Source: an uncultured Acidimicrobiia bacterium
GTDB lineage: Bacteria > Actinomycetota > Acidimicrobiia > Acidimicrobiales > SZUA-35
Length of the DNA stretch: 44,890 nucleotides
Assembly: GCA_937890445.1 (NCBI GenBank)
Contig: CALACD010000393.1
Location: 1 to 44,890, forward strand
Reading direction: 5' to 3'
Below the pieces are notes generated by a model. The model had not been told where the DNA came from. It did not search any database and saw only the letters and a list, made by a program, of their open reading frames with translations. Shown piece by piece: positions 1 through 9,831 of the stretch. Position numbers and translations under genes: made by a program. Every line of letters begins with the position of its first letter. Position 1 is the first letter of the stretch.

Positions 1-416
1 GCGACACCTTCGGTTCGTTTGCCCTTGATCGTGACCGGGGCACCGACCACCGCACGAAGGTTCGCCTGCATGACATCACGGTGCGGCGCAAGCTTGGGAC
101 GGTCCAGAATCAGGGTGCAGTCCACGTTCACCACCTCCCATCCTGCTGCCCGCACCTGCTCGATGGCCCGGGCCAGAAGCTCGAGGCTGTCCGCTCCGGC
201 CAGAGCGGCATCGGTGTCGGGAAACAATGTTCCGATGTCGCCCAGACCAGCGGCACCGAGCACGGCGTCGGCACAACAGTGAGCGACAACATCGGCGTCA
301 CTGTGGCCAGCCAATCCTGGATGGCCGTCGAACACCACGCCACCCAGGACCAGCCGCCGGCTCGGGTCATCGGACCAGGGGTGAACGTCGAAACCCTGTC
401 CAACCCGAAACGGCAT
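1..416 (-). CDS. ispF: 2-C-methyl-D-erythritol 2,4-cyclodiphosphate synthase; 3' end runs off the window
   Basis: My own translation of the minus strand from ATG 416-414: MPFRVGQGFDVHPW...LAGHSDADVVAHCCADAVLGAAGLGDIGTLFPDTD...VNVDCTLILDRPKLAPH. These are canonical IspF motifs. It is absent from the ORF track because there is no stop inside the window. It lies directly downstream of ispD. Confidence 0.9.
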   Translation of the reverse strand, partial: MPFRVGQGFDVHPWSDDPSRRLVLGGVVFDGHPGLAGHSDADVVAHCCADAVLGAAGLGDIGTLFPDTDAALAGADSLELLARAIEQVRAAGWEVVNVDCTLILDRPKLAPHRDVMQANLRAVVGAPVTIKGKRTEGV

Positions 417-450
417 CGGGGGCGTGGTCTCCACCGGTTCCGATGTTCGA

Positions 451-1101
451 TCAGCAGTCATGCAATACCTCGGCGACTCGTAGATCTTCCGGAGCCGTGA
501 TCTTCATGTTCGTGACTTCTCCCTCCACATGGACCACCACGCCGCCGATCGCATCGACGAGCGTTGCATCATCGGTGGCGTCGGCTTCGGCACCATGGGC
601 TCGACGCAGGGTCGCGACCGAGAATCCTTGCGGGGTTTGCACGGCCACGAACTCGCTGCGATCAACTGCCCCTCCAGTTCGACGACGAAGCGTGTCGGTC
701 AGCGGCACGACCGGCACCACGCCATCGGGACTGCCATCACCGGCCAATGCGGCGACCACTCTGCCGACGAGGGCATGCGAAGCCATGGGCCGAGCTGCAT
801 CGTGAACCAACACCCAGATCGTCGCCGGAGGAAGGGCTTCCAGACCCGCTCGCACCGAGGCGCTGCGAGTCGCTCCTCCCGCCACCACCACCTCGACGGC
901 CAGATCGGACGCTTCGCTCGTGCCCTCGACCAGATCGGAAGGCACGACGGCGACGATGCCTTCCACAAAGGGGCGCAGAGCGTCGATCGACCAATCGATC
1001 ACCCGACGTGACCCCAACCGGGCCAGTTGCTTGCGCCCTCCGAACCGGGTTCCGTTTCCGCCGGCCACCACAATGGCCCATGGCCGCGCACCGACGATCA
1101 T
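451..1101 (-). CDS. ispD: 2-C-methyl-D-erythritol 4-phosphate cytidylyltransferase
   Basis: ORF track 451..1143. IspD motifs are present: WAIVVAGGNGTRFGG, VLVHDAARP, VQTPQGF. I set the start to ATG 1101 (MIVGARPW...), which has a TAGGGT hexamer 8 nt upstream. 1143 is the longest alternative. Confidence 0.87.
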   Translation of the reverse strand: MIVGARPWAIVVAGGNGTRFGGRKQLARLGSRRVIDWSIDALRPFVEGIVAVVPSDLVEGTSEASDLAVEVVVAGGATRSASVRAGLEALPPATIWVLVHDAARPMASHALVGRVVAALAGDGSPDGVVPVVPLTDTLRRRTGGAVDRSEFVAVQTPQGFSVATLRRAHGAEADATDDATLVDAIGGVVVHVEGEVTNMKITAPEDLRVAEVLHDC

Positions 1102-1109
1102 GAGTATCG

Positions 1110-1115
1110 ACCCTA
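1110..1115 (-). promoter_or_regulatory. -10-like hexamer TAGGGT, 8 nt upstream of ispD ATG 1101
   Basis: Plus strand reads acccta. It is part of the recurrent TAnnnT-N6-8-start pattern in this window. Confidence 0.3.
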
Positions 1116-1158
1116 CCGTCGGCTCGTCGCAGACAAGTGACATGCACCACCCCGATTC

Positions 1159-1833
1159 ATGTACCTTTGCGAGGTGATCGAAACGGAACTCCTACGTTCG
1201 GTCGAACTCTTCAGCGGGTTCGACGAGTCGACCCTCCAGCTCGTTGCCAACGCAGCAGAGCTGCGGAAACTGACTCGGGGTGACGTTCTCTTCGCAGAAC
1301 ACGACGATCCCGACGAGCTCTACGTCACGGTACGAGGAAGAATCGCCATGGTGAATCGTTCCGTCGACGGCCGCGAGTCCGTGGTGGCGTTGATGGAAGA
1401 CGGCGACCTCTTCGGTGAGATGCCGCTGTTCGACCATCAGTCTCGCTCGACCGATGCCCGAGCCCTCGAAGCCTCCGACGTCGTCGCCATTCCCTACGAG
1501 CCACTTCGGGAGATCTATCAGAACGACCCTCGTCAGCTGTGGCGAGTCGTCGAGCTACTGACCAATCGCATTCGTGTCATCGACGGAGTACTGGCCGATT
1601 CGGTCTTTCTCGATGTGACCGGGCGAACGGCAAAGCGCCTCCTCGAAATCGCCGGCGACCACGACGACTTCTCACTGCCGGTCACGCAGGAGGAATTGGC
1701 AGGCATGGTGGGCGCCAGCCGCGAACGCGTCAACAAGGCCATCGCGAGCTTCATCCGACTCGGCTGGTTGGAGCAACACGAACGCAGATACGTGATCCTG
1801 AACCGGGCCCAGATGGAGATCCGCGCCAGCTGA
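1159..1833 (+). CDS. crp: Crp/Fnr-family cAMP-receptor-type transcription regulator
   Basis: Has a cNMP-binding domain (LFGEMPLFD, RSTDARA) and a C-terminal HTH (TQEELAGMVGASRERVNKAI). The layout is close to mycobacterial Crp. The start is ambiguous: ATG 1159 (ORF track) or GTG 1174. The latter is preceded by TACCTT + 6 nt and gives an N-terminus of Crp-like length. Confidence 0.85.
   Translation: MYLCEVIETELLRSVELFSGFDESTLQLVANAAELRKLTRGDVLFAEHDDPDELYVTVRGRIAMVNRSVDGRESVVALMEDGDLFGEMPLFDHQSRSTDARALEASDVVAIPYEPLREIYQNDPRQLWRVVELLTNRIRVIDGVLADSVFLDVTGRTAKRLLEIAGDHDDFSLPVTQEELAGMVGASRERVNKAIASFIRLGWLEQHERRYVILNRAQMEIRAS
1162..1167 (+). promoter_or_regulatory. -10-like hexamer TACCTT, 6 nt upstream of in-frame GTG 1174 of crp
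   Basis: TAnnnT followed by a 6-nt spacer and a start codon, consistent with a leaderless crp mRNA. Confidence 0.3.
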
Positions 1834-1834
1834 A

Positions 1835-2911
1835 TCAGGCTTCGTAACGGTCGAGAATCGAGTTCTCGGCCAATCGGGCAAGGCCTTCCTTGATGTTCTC
1901 GGCTTGGAATGAGGACAGACCAGACGCCTCTTGCAGGTCGACGCTGGTGGCTCGAAGCAACCGTTCCAGCGAGCCGAACCGATCGACCATGCGTTGGCTG
2001 GCTTGTTCCGAGACCCGGGGCAACCGATTGAGGAAGCGGAATCCACGAGGTTCCAACGTCTCGTCCAGATCCGTGACCGATGCTGCGAGATGCAGCGTCT
2101 TGGTCAGCACTTCCTCATCGAAGAGAGCCTCGTCGTCGAGCGCCGACAACCCGTCCATTGCTTCTTCGATGTGGAACGTGGCGTCTTCGTTGAAGTAATC
2201 GCGAATGATCAACCTACGATCGTCCACGACCCCGGCCATCAGTTCGTCCAGCTGGAGACGCACCAGACGCCCATCGGAACCGAGCTCGATCAGATTCCGG
2301 TTGATCTCGTCGGAGATGCGGACAACCATTTCGATGCGCTGCAACACCTCGATCACATCGCGGAGGGTCACGAGGTTCTCCACCTCGAGAGCGGTGAGGG
2401 TCTTGGTCACGGTGTTCAGGCGAGTGCGGTAACGTTCGAGCGTCTGCAGCGCCTGATTCGAGCGATCGAGAAGACGTCCCACCGGCTCGAGCGGATGCCG
2501 TTGATCGCCCACGTAGACCTGGATCTCCTTGCGAGACTCCGACACCGCGACCACGGGCACGTGCAGCGATCGGGCCACCCGTTCGGCGGTGCGATGCCGG
2601 GTACCGGTCTCGACGGTGGGCACGTTGGGGTTGGGCACGAGGTGCACGTTGGCACGGGCGATCCGGCTGGCGTCACCGGCCAGGATGATGGCACCGTCCA
2701 TCTTGGCCAGCTCGCCCAGCCGTTGAGGGGTGAACGCTGCATCGAGCAGAAACCCGCCGGAGCAGATGTTCAGAACGTCAGGTCCGTCGCCGATCACGAT
2801 CAGTCCACCGCGCCCCGACTGCAAGACTCGATCCAGACCATCTCGCAACGGCGAGCCCGGAGCCACTTGGGACAGCGAGCGAAGCAGCATGTTGTCGGCT
2901 CGACCGTCCAT
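1835..2911 (-). CDS. disA: DNA integrity scanning protein / diadenylate cyclase
   Basis: DAC-domain signatures GGLIVIGDG, MDGAIIL and GTRHRTAERV (the DGA/RHR pair), then a linker and a C-terminal HhH region. It sits immediately downstream of radA, as is typical in Actinobacteria and Firmicutes. Confidence 0.93.
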   Translation of the reverse strand: MDGRADNMLLRSLSQVAPGSPLRDGLDRVLQSGRGGLIVIGDGPDVLNICSGGFLLDAAFTPQRLGELAKMDGAIILAGDASRIARANVHLVPNPNVPTVETGTRHRTAERVARSLHVPVVAVSESRKEIQVYVGDQRHPLEPVGRLLDRSNQALQTLERYRTRLNTVTKTLTALEVENLVTLRDVIEVLQRIEMVVRISDEINRNLIELGSDGRLVRLQLDELMAGVVDDRRLIIRDYFNEDATFHIEEAMDGLSALDDEALFDEEVLTKTLHLAASVTDLDETLEPRGFRFLNRLPRVSEQASQRMVDRFGSLERLLRATSVDLQEASGLSSFQAENIKEGLARLAENSILDRYEA

Positions 2912-2917
2912 CGCTTG

Positions 2918-2923
2918 AGTCTA
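2918..2923 (-). promoter_or_regulatory. -10-like hexamer TAGACT, 6 nt upstream of disA ATG 2911
   Basis: Plus strand reads agtcta. The TAnnnT + 6 nt + ATG arrangement supports start 2911 and a leaderless transcript separate from radA. Confidence 0.4.
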
Positions 2924-2979
2924 CTCGCTGCCACAACTCGACTCAGCACCACCTTTCGGGCCGCGACGAGACCCCACGC

Positions 2980-4344
2980 TCAGACCGCGGTCGACGCCAC
3001 CAGCCTCGACGAAGCCAGTGCATCGACCATCGTCGAGCAGCGATGCAGGTGCAGCCCGGTCGGTCCCTCCGGCGAGTTGAGCGGCACCACGGCTTGACGA
3101 AATCCCAGTCGATACGCCTCCTGCAGGCGGCGGTCGAGCTGAGCAGGCAGGCGCAACTCTCCGGCCAGACCGATCTCTCCACACACCACCAGGTCGGGTG
3201 GGAGTGGCCGGTCGGTGCCCGCCGACAGCAACGCCAACGCAACTCCGAGGTCGAGGCCTGGGTCGTCACTCCTGGCACCGCCGGCCAACGAGGTGAAGAC
3301 ATCCCGGCCGTCCCAACGGTGACCGGCCCTGCGTTCGAGCACCGCCAGGACCAATCGGAGTCGGCTGGCCGACAGACCCTGAGCCCCGAGATGCGCGGGT
3401 TGGTCGCGCCGCTCACCAACGAGGGCCTGGACCTCGACGAGAACCGGCCGGTGACCATCGAGTACTGGCACGATGACCGAGCCGCTGGCGTCGACGGCCC
3501 TGTCGGCCAGGAACCACCGGCTCGGATCGGCCAGCGGCTGCAGGCCGACTCCTGTCATCTCGAAGACACCCACGTCGGCTGTCGGGCCGAAGCGATGCTT
3601 GACCGATCGCAGGAACCGCAGCTCGGTCGAGCGATCGCCGTTGAACGAGAGCACGGTGTCGACGACATGTTCGAGAAGTCGGGGGCCCGCCAGCGCGCCG
3701 TCCTTGGTCACGTGACCCACCAGCAGCACCGAAACGCCGAAGCCCTTGGCCAGATTCACGAGCCGGGACGCCACTTCCCGAACCTGCGACACCGATCCCG
3801 GGGCACTGTCGAGATCTACGATTCGAACGGTTTGGATCGAGTCCACCACGACCAATTGCGGCAGCTCACGACTGATCATCGCCGATACGGCGTCGAACGA
3901 CGTCGTATCGAGTACCGAAAGCGCCGGGGGCACGGCGCCAAGCCTCCGAGCCCGAGCCGCAACCTGGGTGGGGGCCTCCTCACCGCTGACCAGCACCACC
4001 TTCGACCCCGACGACGCGATCGACATCGCCACCTGGAGGGTCAACGTCGATTTGCCGATGCCCGGCTCGCCGCTGAGAAGCGTGACCGAACCGGGCACCA
4101 GGCCGCCTCCGAGGACACGGTCTACCTCGTCCAGACCGGTAGGGATCGGGACCGAACCGACGTCATCGATGGAGCACAACGCTTCGGAAGCTTCGCCACC
4201 GACGCCGTTGTTTCGCAGGGCCGAGGGAATGACCGGCTGCTCGTCGACGGTGGCCCAGCCGCCACACGACTGACATCGCCCCATCCAGTTGGGGAACTCG
4301 CCCCCACAGGCGTTGCAGATGTAGACGGGTCGGATCTTGGCCAT
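2980..4344 (-). CDS. radA: DNA repair protein RadA/Sms
   Basis: Zn-ribbon CNACGGEFPNWMGRCQSCGGW, Walker A GEPGIGKST, RadA-specific KHRFG (KNRFG-type) motif, and a Lon-like C-terminal domain. I chose ATG 4344 (MAKIRPVYIC). The ORF-track start 4446 adds 34 implausible residues. Confidence 0.93.
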   Translation of the reverse strand: MAKIRPVYICNACGGEFPNWMGRCQSCGGWATVDEQPVIPSALRNNGVGGEASEALCSIDDVGSVPIPTGLDEVDRVLGGGLVPGSVTLLSGEPGIGKSTLTLQVAMSIASSGSKVVLVSGEEAPTQVAARARRLGAVPPALSVLDTTSFDAVSAMISRELPQLVVVDSIQTVRIVDLDSAPGSVSQVREVASRLVNLAKGFGVSVLLVGHVTKDGALAGPRLLEHVVDTVLSFNGDRSTELRFLRSVKHRFGPTADVGVFEMTGVGLQPLADPSRWFLADRAVDASGSVIVPVLDGHRPVLVEVQALVGERRDQPAHLGAQGLSASRLRLVLAVLERRAGHRWDGRDVFTSLAGGARSDDPGLDLGVALALLSAGTDRPLPPDLVVCGEIGLAGELRLPAQLDRRLQEAYRLGFRQAVVPLNSPEGPTGLHLHRCSTMVDALASSRLVASTAV

Positions 4345-4351
4345 GCCGCTG

Positions 4352-4357
4352 ACCCTA
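4352..4357 (-). promoter_or_regulatory. -10-like hexamer TAGGGT, 7 nt upstream of radA ATG 4344
   Basis: Plus strand reads acccta. TAnnnT + 7 nt + ATG. Confidence 0.4.
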
Positions 4358-4393
4358 CGCAGGCCGTGTGACATCGGCCTGTGGGCCGACCGT

Positions 4394-5947
4394 TCAGGCC
4401 GGTCCGTCCTCGTCGGCGCCGACATCGAAACTGCGAAGGATGGCATGATGCCGAGCCTCCTCGGCCAGCCCCTCGGGGGCGAACCATGCCGTACGGAAAC
4501 CGAAGGAACGGGCGGCGTCGAGGTTGTCCAGATTGTCGTCGATGATCATGATCAGGGACGGATCCTCCCCCGTGACCCGTCTCAAGACCTCGTAGATCGG
4601 ACCGTCGGGTTTGCGAACCCCGACCGCGCCACTGACCACCCAGGGATCGATCAGCTTCTCCAGACTGTGCCGCACCCGAAGCTTGGTAGCCCAGGTCGTG
4701 GAGTCGTTGGTGATGCACGCCACACGAACGCCGCGGGCTCGCAGCGAACGGAGGAACTTGACCACGCCAGGGTTCAGCTGGAATCGGGACAGGTAGTCCT
4801 CGTCGATCTCGTTCGGGTCCCCGGCCACACCCACCGCGGTCCAGAAATCGGTGGGAGTGATCCGTCCCAGGCTGATGGACCGGGCTCTGGCCACGATCTC
4901 GTCGTGGGTGACCTCCGAACCGCGCTCACGTACGAAGGGCACGAGTATTCGATTGATGTCGTCGCCCTCGCGATAGAGCACACCCATACCGTCGAGGGCG
5001 ACGACCGTCGGGTTCTCCGGGATCTCGTCACCAGCGTCCTCGCCGGCCGGCGTCGACGTCGCGGGTTTCTTCGACACTGGCTTGTCCGACGCTGGCTTGT
5101 TCTTGGATGCCCGGGGCGACGAACGAGCGGTTCCCCCTCGACCTCGACGACGCTCGGGGCGCAGCAGACGCAGCAGGTGACCGAACATGACGAGGACGGC
5201 CAAGACGGCCGCCACGATGGACACCCCTCGCCAAACGAGCGCCTGCACCTCCTGGGTCGTCGAGTTGATGACCACGTCGACTGCCGACCCGTCCAGCGTC
5301 GTGGTCCAGGTTCGGACGGCCTGGTCGCCAGCAGTCAGGTCGACGACTCCGGTCGAAACCACGGGATCGACGGTGCCCGGCATGCGAACGACCAGCGAGA
5401 CCCGGACATCACCCCCGGTGGCTCCATAGGTCGCGCCGGCGATCTCGCTGACCATCCGACCCAAGGCTGCATCGAGCTCGGGATCACTGAACGCATCCAG
5501 GCCCGCCGGGCGCAGCGATCCATCGATCTGGTACTCGACTCGGGCGAAGGCCTTCGTACGCGTCAGTTCGAAATCGGAGAACAAGCCACCCGACCCGCTC
5601 AGTTCGTTCATGATCTCGGCGAACTGCTCGGGCGTCCCGAACTGTTTGATCGCCGTGGTCTGCACCGAGCCGTCCTCGGTCGACTCCGGCGGTTGGATCT
5701 CCCAGCCCGAGCGGAACAGATCGTCGAGGCGAAGTCCTTCGTCCTCGAGGTCCAGCAGCTGGCCGGCCGCCTCGCGATCGAGCACGACGGTGACGCCCAC
5801 TTGGCCCGAGCCATCCTCGGCTACGTCGACGGCGACATCGACATCGGTCTCACAAGCGGTCGAAACCACCACGAGGGTCGCCAGAGCGAGCACGTATGCC
5901 ATCGACCGAAGCCATTGTCGGAGAGCCCAAAACACTGCAGTCGACAC
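4394..5947 (-). CDS. Membrane-anchored fusion: lipoprotein-like extracytoplasmic domain + TM helix + cytoplasmic HAD-superfamily hydrolase domain
   Basis: Signal peptide with a lipobox-like LVVVSTAC, then a ~230-aa domain that resembles LppM/DUF3153-type lipoproteins (from memory, not searched). One TM helix (VSIVAAVLAVLVMFGHLL) and a basic disordered linker follow. The HAD motifs are: I LDGMGVL, II CITNDS, III VRKPD, IV IIDDNLDN. GTG start at 5947, with TAACCT 8 nt upstream. Confidence 0.7.
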   Translation of the reverse strand: MSTAVFWALRQWLRSMAYVLALATLVVVSTACETDVDVAVDVAEDGSGQVGVTVVLDREAAGQLLDLEDEGLRLDDLFRSGWEIQPPESTEDGSVQTTAIKQFGTPEQFAEIMNELSGSGGLFSDFELTRTKAFARVEYQIDGSLRPAGLDAFSDPELDAALGRMVSEIAGATYGATGGDVRVSLVVRMPGTVDPVVSTGVVDLTAGDQAVRTWTTTLDGSAVDVVINSTTQEVQALVWRGVSIVAAVLAVLVMFGHLLRLLRPERRRGRGGTARSSPRASKNKPASDKPVSKKPATSTPAGEDAGDEIPENPTVVALDGMGVLYREGDDINRILVPFVRERGSEVTHDEIVARARSISLGRITPTDFWTAVGVAGDPNEIDEDYLSRFQLNPGVVKFLRSLRARGVRVACITNDSTTWATKLRVRHSLEKLIDPWVVSGAVGVRKPDGPIYEVLRRVTGEDPSLIMIIDDNLDNLDAARSFGFRTAWFAPEGLAEEARHHAILRSFDVGADEDGPA

Positions 5948-6002
5948 TAGCGCTCAGGTTACGATGCCCGACGCAGACTCCGGACGTTGATCGGTGCCGG
6001 TA

Positions 6003-8537
<2,535 letters not shown>

Positions 8538-8712
8538 GGAGACTCCCGTAGGGCGTGAGTTCGGTGGTGGCCAAGTGTACCGCTGCCTTGGTTTGAAGGT
8601 CGGCTCCAAGGCGACGGTCGTGAGACATAACCACATTCGACCCACCGATATGCCGCGCCGAACCAACAGACAACCACCGACCGTGTTGGCTGGTTGAGGA
8701 TCAACGCGCGCC

Positions 8713-9726
8713 GTGACCTACCGTGGGGACGTGGCTGCCAACCCTCTCTCGCTGCTTCCCACTGGTCCTACCGACAAGGAACGGGTCGAAGCGACCCTTC
8801 TCGATGCGGTCAAGATCGCCGGCGATCCCTACCTCACCGAGATCGCGTCACACCTGATCCTCGCCGGCGGCAAACGACTTCGGCCGCTGTTCACCATTGC
8901 CGCCGCAGGCGCATCCCTTCCCGATGGCGCCGTCGTGGATCACGATGTCATTCGTGGCGGCGTCGCCGTCGAACTCGTCCACATCGGCTCGCTCTACCAC
9001 GATGACGTCATGGACGAGGCCCAGATGCGTCGCCAGGTCATCAGCGTCAACGCCCGTTGGGGCAATCTACGGGCCATCCTGGCCGGGGATTTCCTGCTGG
9101 CCAAGGCATCGGAGATCGCTGCCGGTCTCGGCACCGATGTTGCCGGGCTCCTGGCCTCGACGATCGCCAAGCTGTGCGAAGGTCAGGTCGGCGAGCTCCA
9201 GACCCTGTTCGACCTGGATCGCACGGCCGAGCAGTACTACCCCTCGATCGAGGGCAAGACGGCGTCGCTCTACGCCGCAGCCTGCCGCATCGGGGGCATC
9301 GTGTCGAAGCAGTCTCCCGAGGCCATCGACAATCTGACCGAGTTCGGTCGGCTCTACGGCATGGCATTCCAGGTGATCGACGACATCCTGGATGTCATCG
9401 CCACCGACGAACAGTTGGGCAAGCCGGCCGGCAACGACATGATCGAGGGCGTCTACAGCCTCCCGGTCATCCAAACGCTGGCCGGACCAGACGGGCTCGC
9501 GCTCCGGGAGTTGCTCACCGACGGCCTGACCCTCGACGAACGCCACAAGGCGATCGACATCGTACGCCGGGGGCCGGGAGTCGCGCAGTCCTTCGCAGTC
9601 GCAACCGACTTCATCGACCAGGCCAAGCAGGTGTTGTTGCACGTCGGCGACAACGCTGCTGCCACCGCCCTTGCCGGTGCCGCTGACCATCTCCTCGCCT
9701 CATCGACCCGCATCGCCACGGCCTGA
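8713..9726 (+). CDS. trans-polyprenyl diphosphate synthase (long-chain, menaquinone-type likely)
   Basis: Two Asp-rich prenyltransferase motifs, LYHDDVMDE and [11 protein letters not shown] start as in the ORF track. Confidence 0.87.
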   Translation: MTYRGDVAANPLSLLPTGPTDKERVEATLLDAVKIAGDPYLTEIASHLILAGGKRLRPLFTIAAAGASLPDGAVVDHDVIRGGVAVELVHIGSLYHDDVMDEAQMRRQVISVNARWGNLRAILAGDFLLAKASEIAAGLGTDVAGLLASTIAKLCEGQVGELQTLFDLDRTAEQYYPSIEGKTASLYAAACRIGGIVSKQSPEAIDNLTEFGRLYGMAFQVIDDILDVIATDEQLGKPAGNDMIEGVYSLPVIQTLAGPDGLALRELLTDGLTLDERHKAIDIVRRGPGVAQSFAVATDFIDQAKQVLLHVGDNAAATALAGAADHLLASSTRIATA

Positions 9727-9730
9727 AAGA

Positions 9731-9798
9731 CTCCGTTTTCCATCCCCGTTTTTCATCCCTGTTTTCCCTCCCCGTTTTCCATCCCCGTTGTTCTCCAT
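9731..9798. repeat. Five tandem copies of a ~13-bp C/T-rich unit (consensus CCCCGTTTTCCAT on the + strand)
   Basis: Read directly: ctccgttttccat / ccccgtttttcat / ccctgttttccct / ccccgttttccat / ccccgttgttctccat. The array lies between the polyprenyl synthase stop (9726) and the kinase start (9832). Confidence 0.9.
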
Positions 9799-9831
9799 CC
9801 GCGTCGACCCAGCGGGTAGCGTGATCGCCGA

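Noticed and set aside
1202-1223. A LexA/SOS-box-like TCGAAC...GTTCGA inverted repeat.
   Set aside because: The spacer is 10 nt rather than the 4 nt of the actinobacterial SOS box, and it lies inside the crp coding region.
1831-1837. crp and disA converge with stop codons 1 nt apart (TGAaTCA), juxtaposing a cAMP receptor and a c-di-AMP synthase.
   Set aside because: The tight convergent spacing is real, but by itself it only predicts overlapping 3' ends. I see no sequence evidence for a functional link between the two nucleotide-signalling genes.
8538-8712. A ClgR-type operator or a defined promoter upstream of clpC1 in the 175-bp divergent region.
   Set aside because: I could not find a CGC-N5-GCG-type palindrome or a clean TAnnnT/-35 pair by eye. 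Only the SD (GGGAG) is clear.
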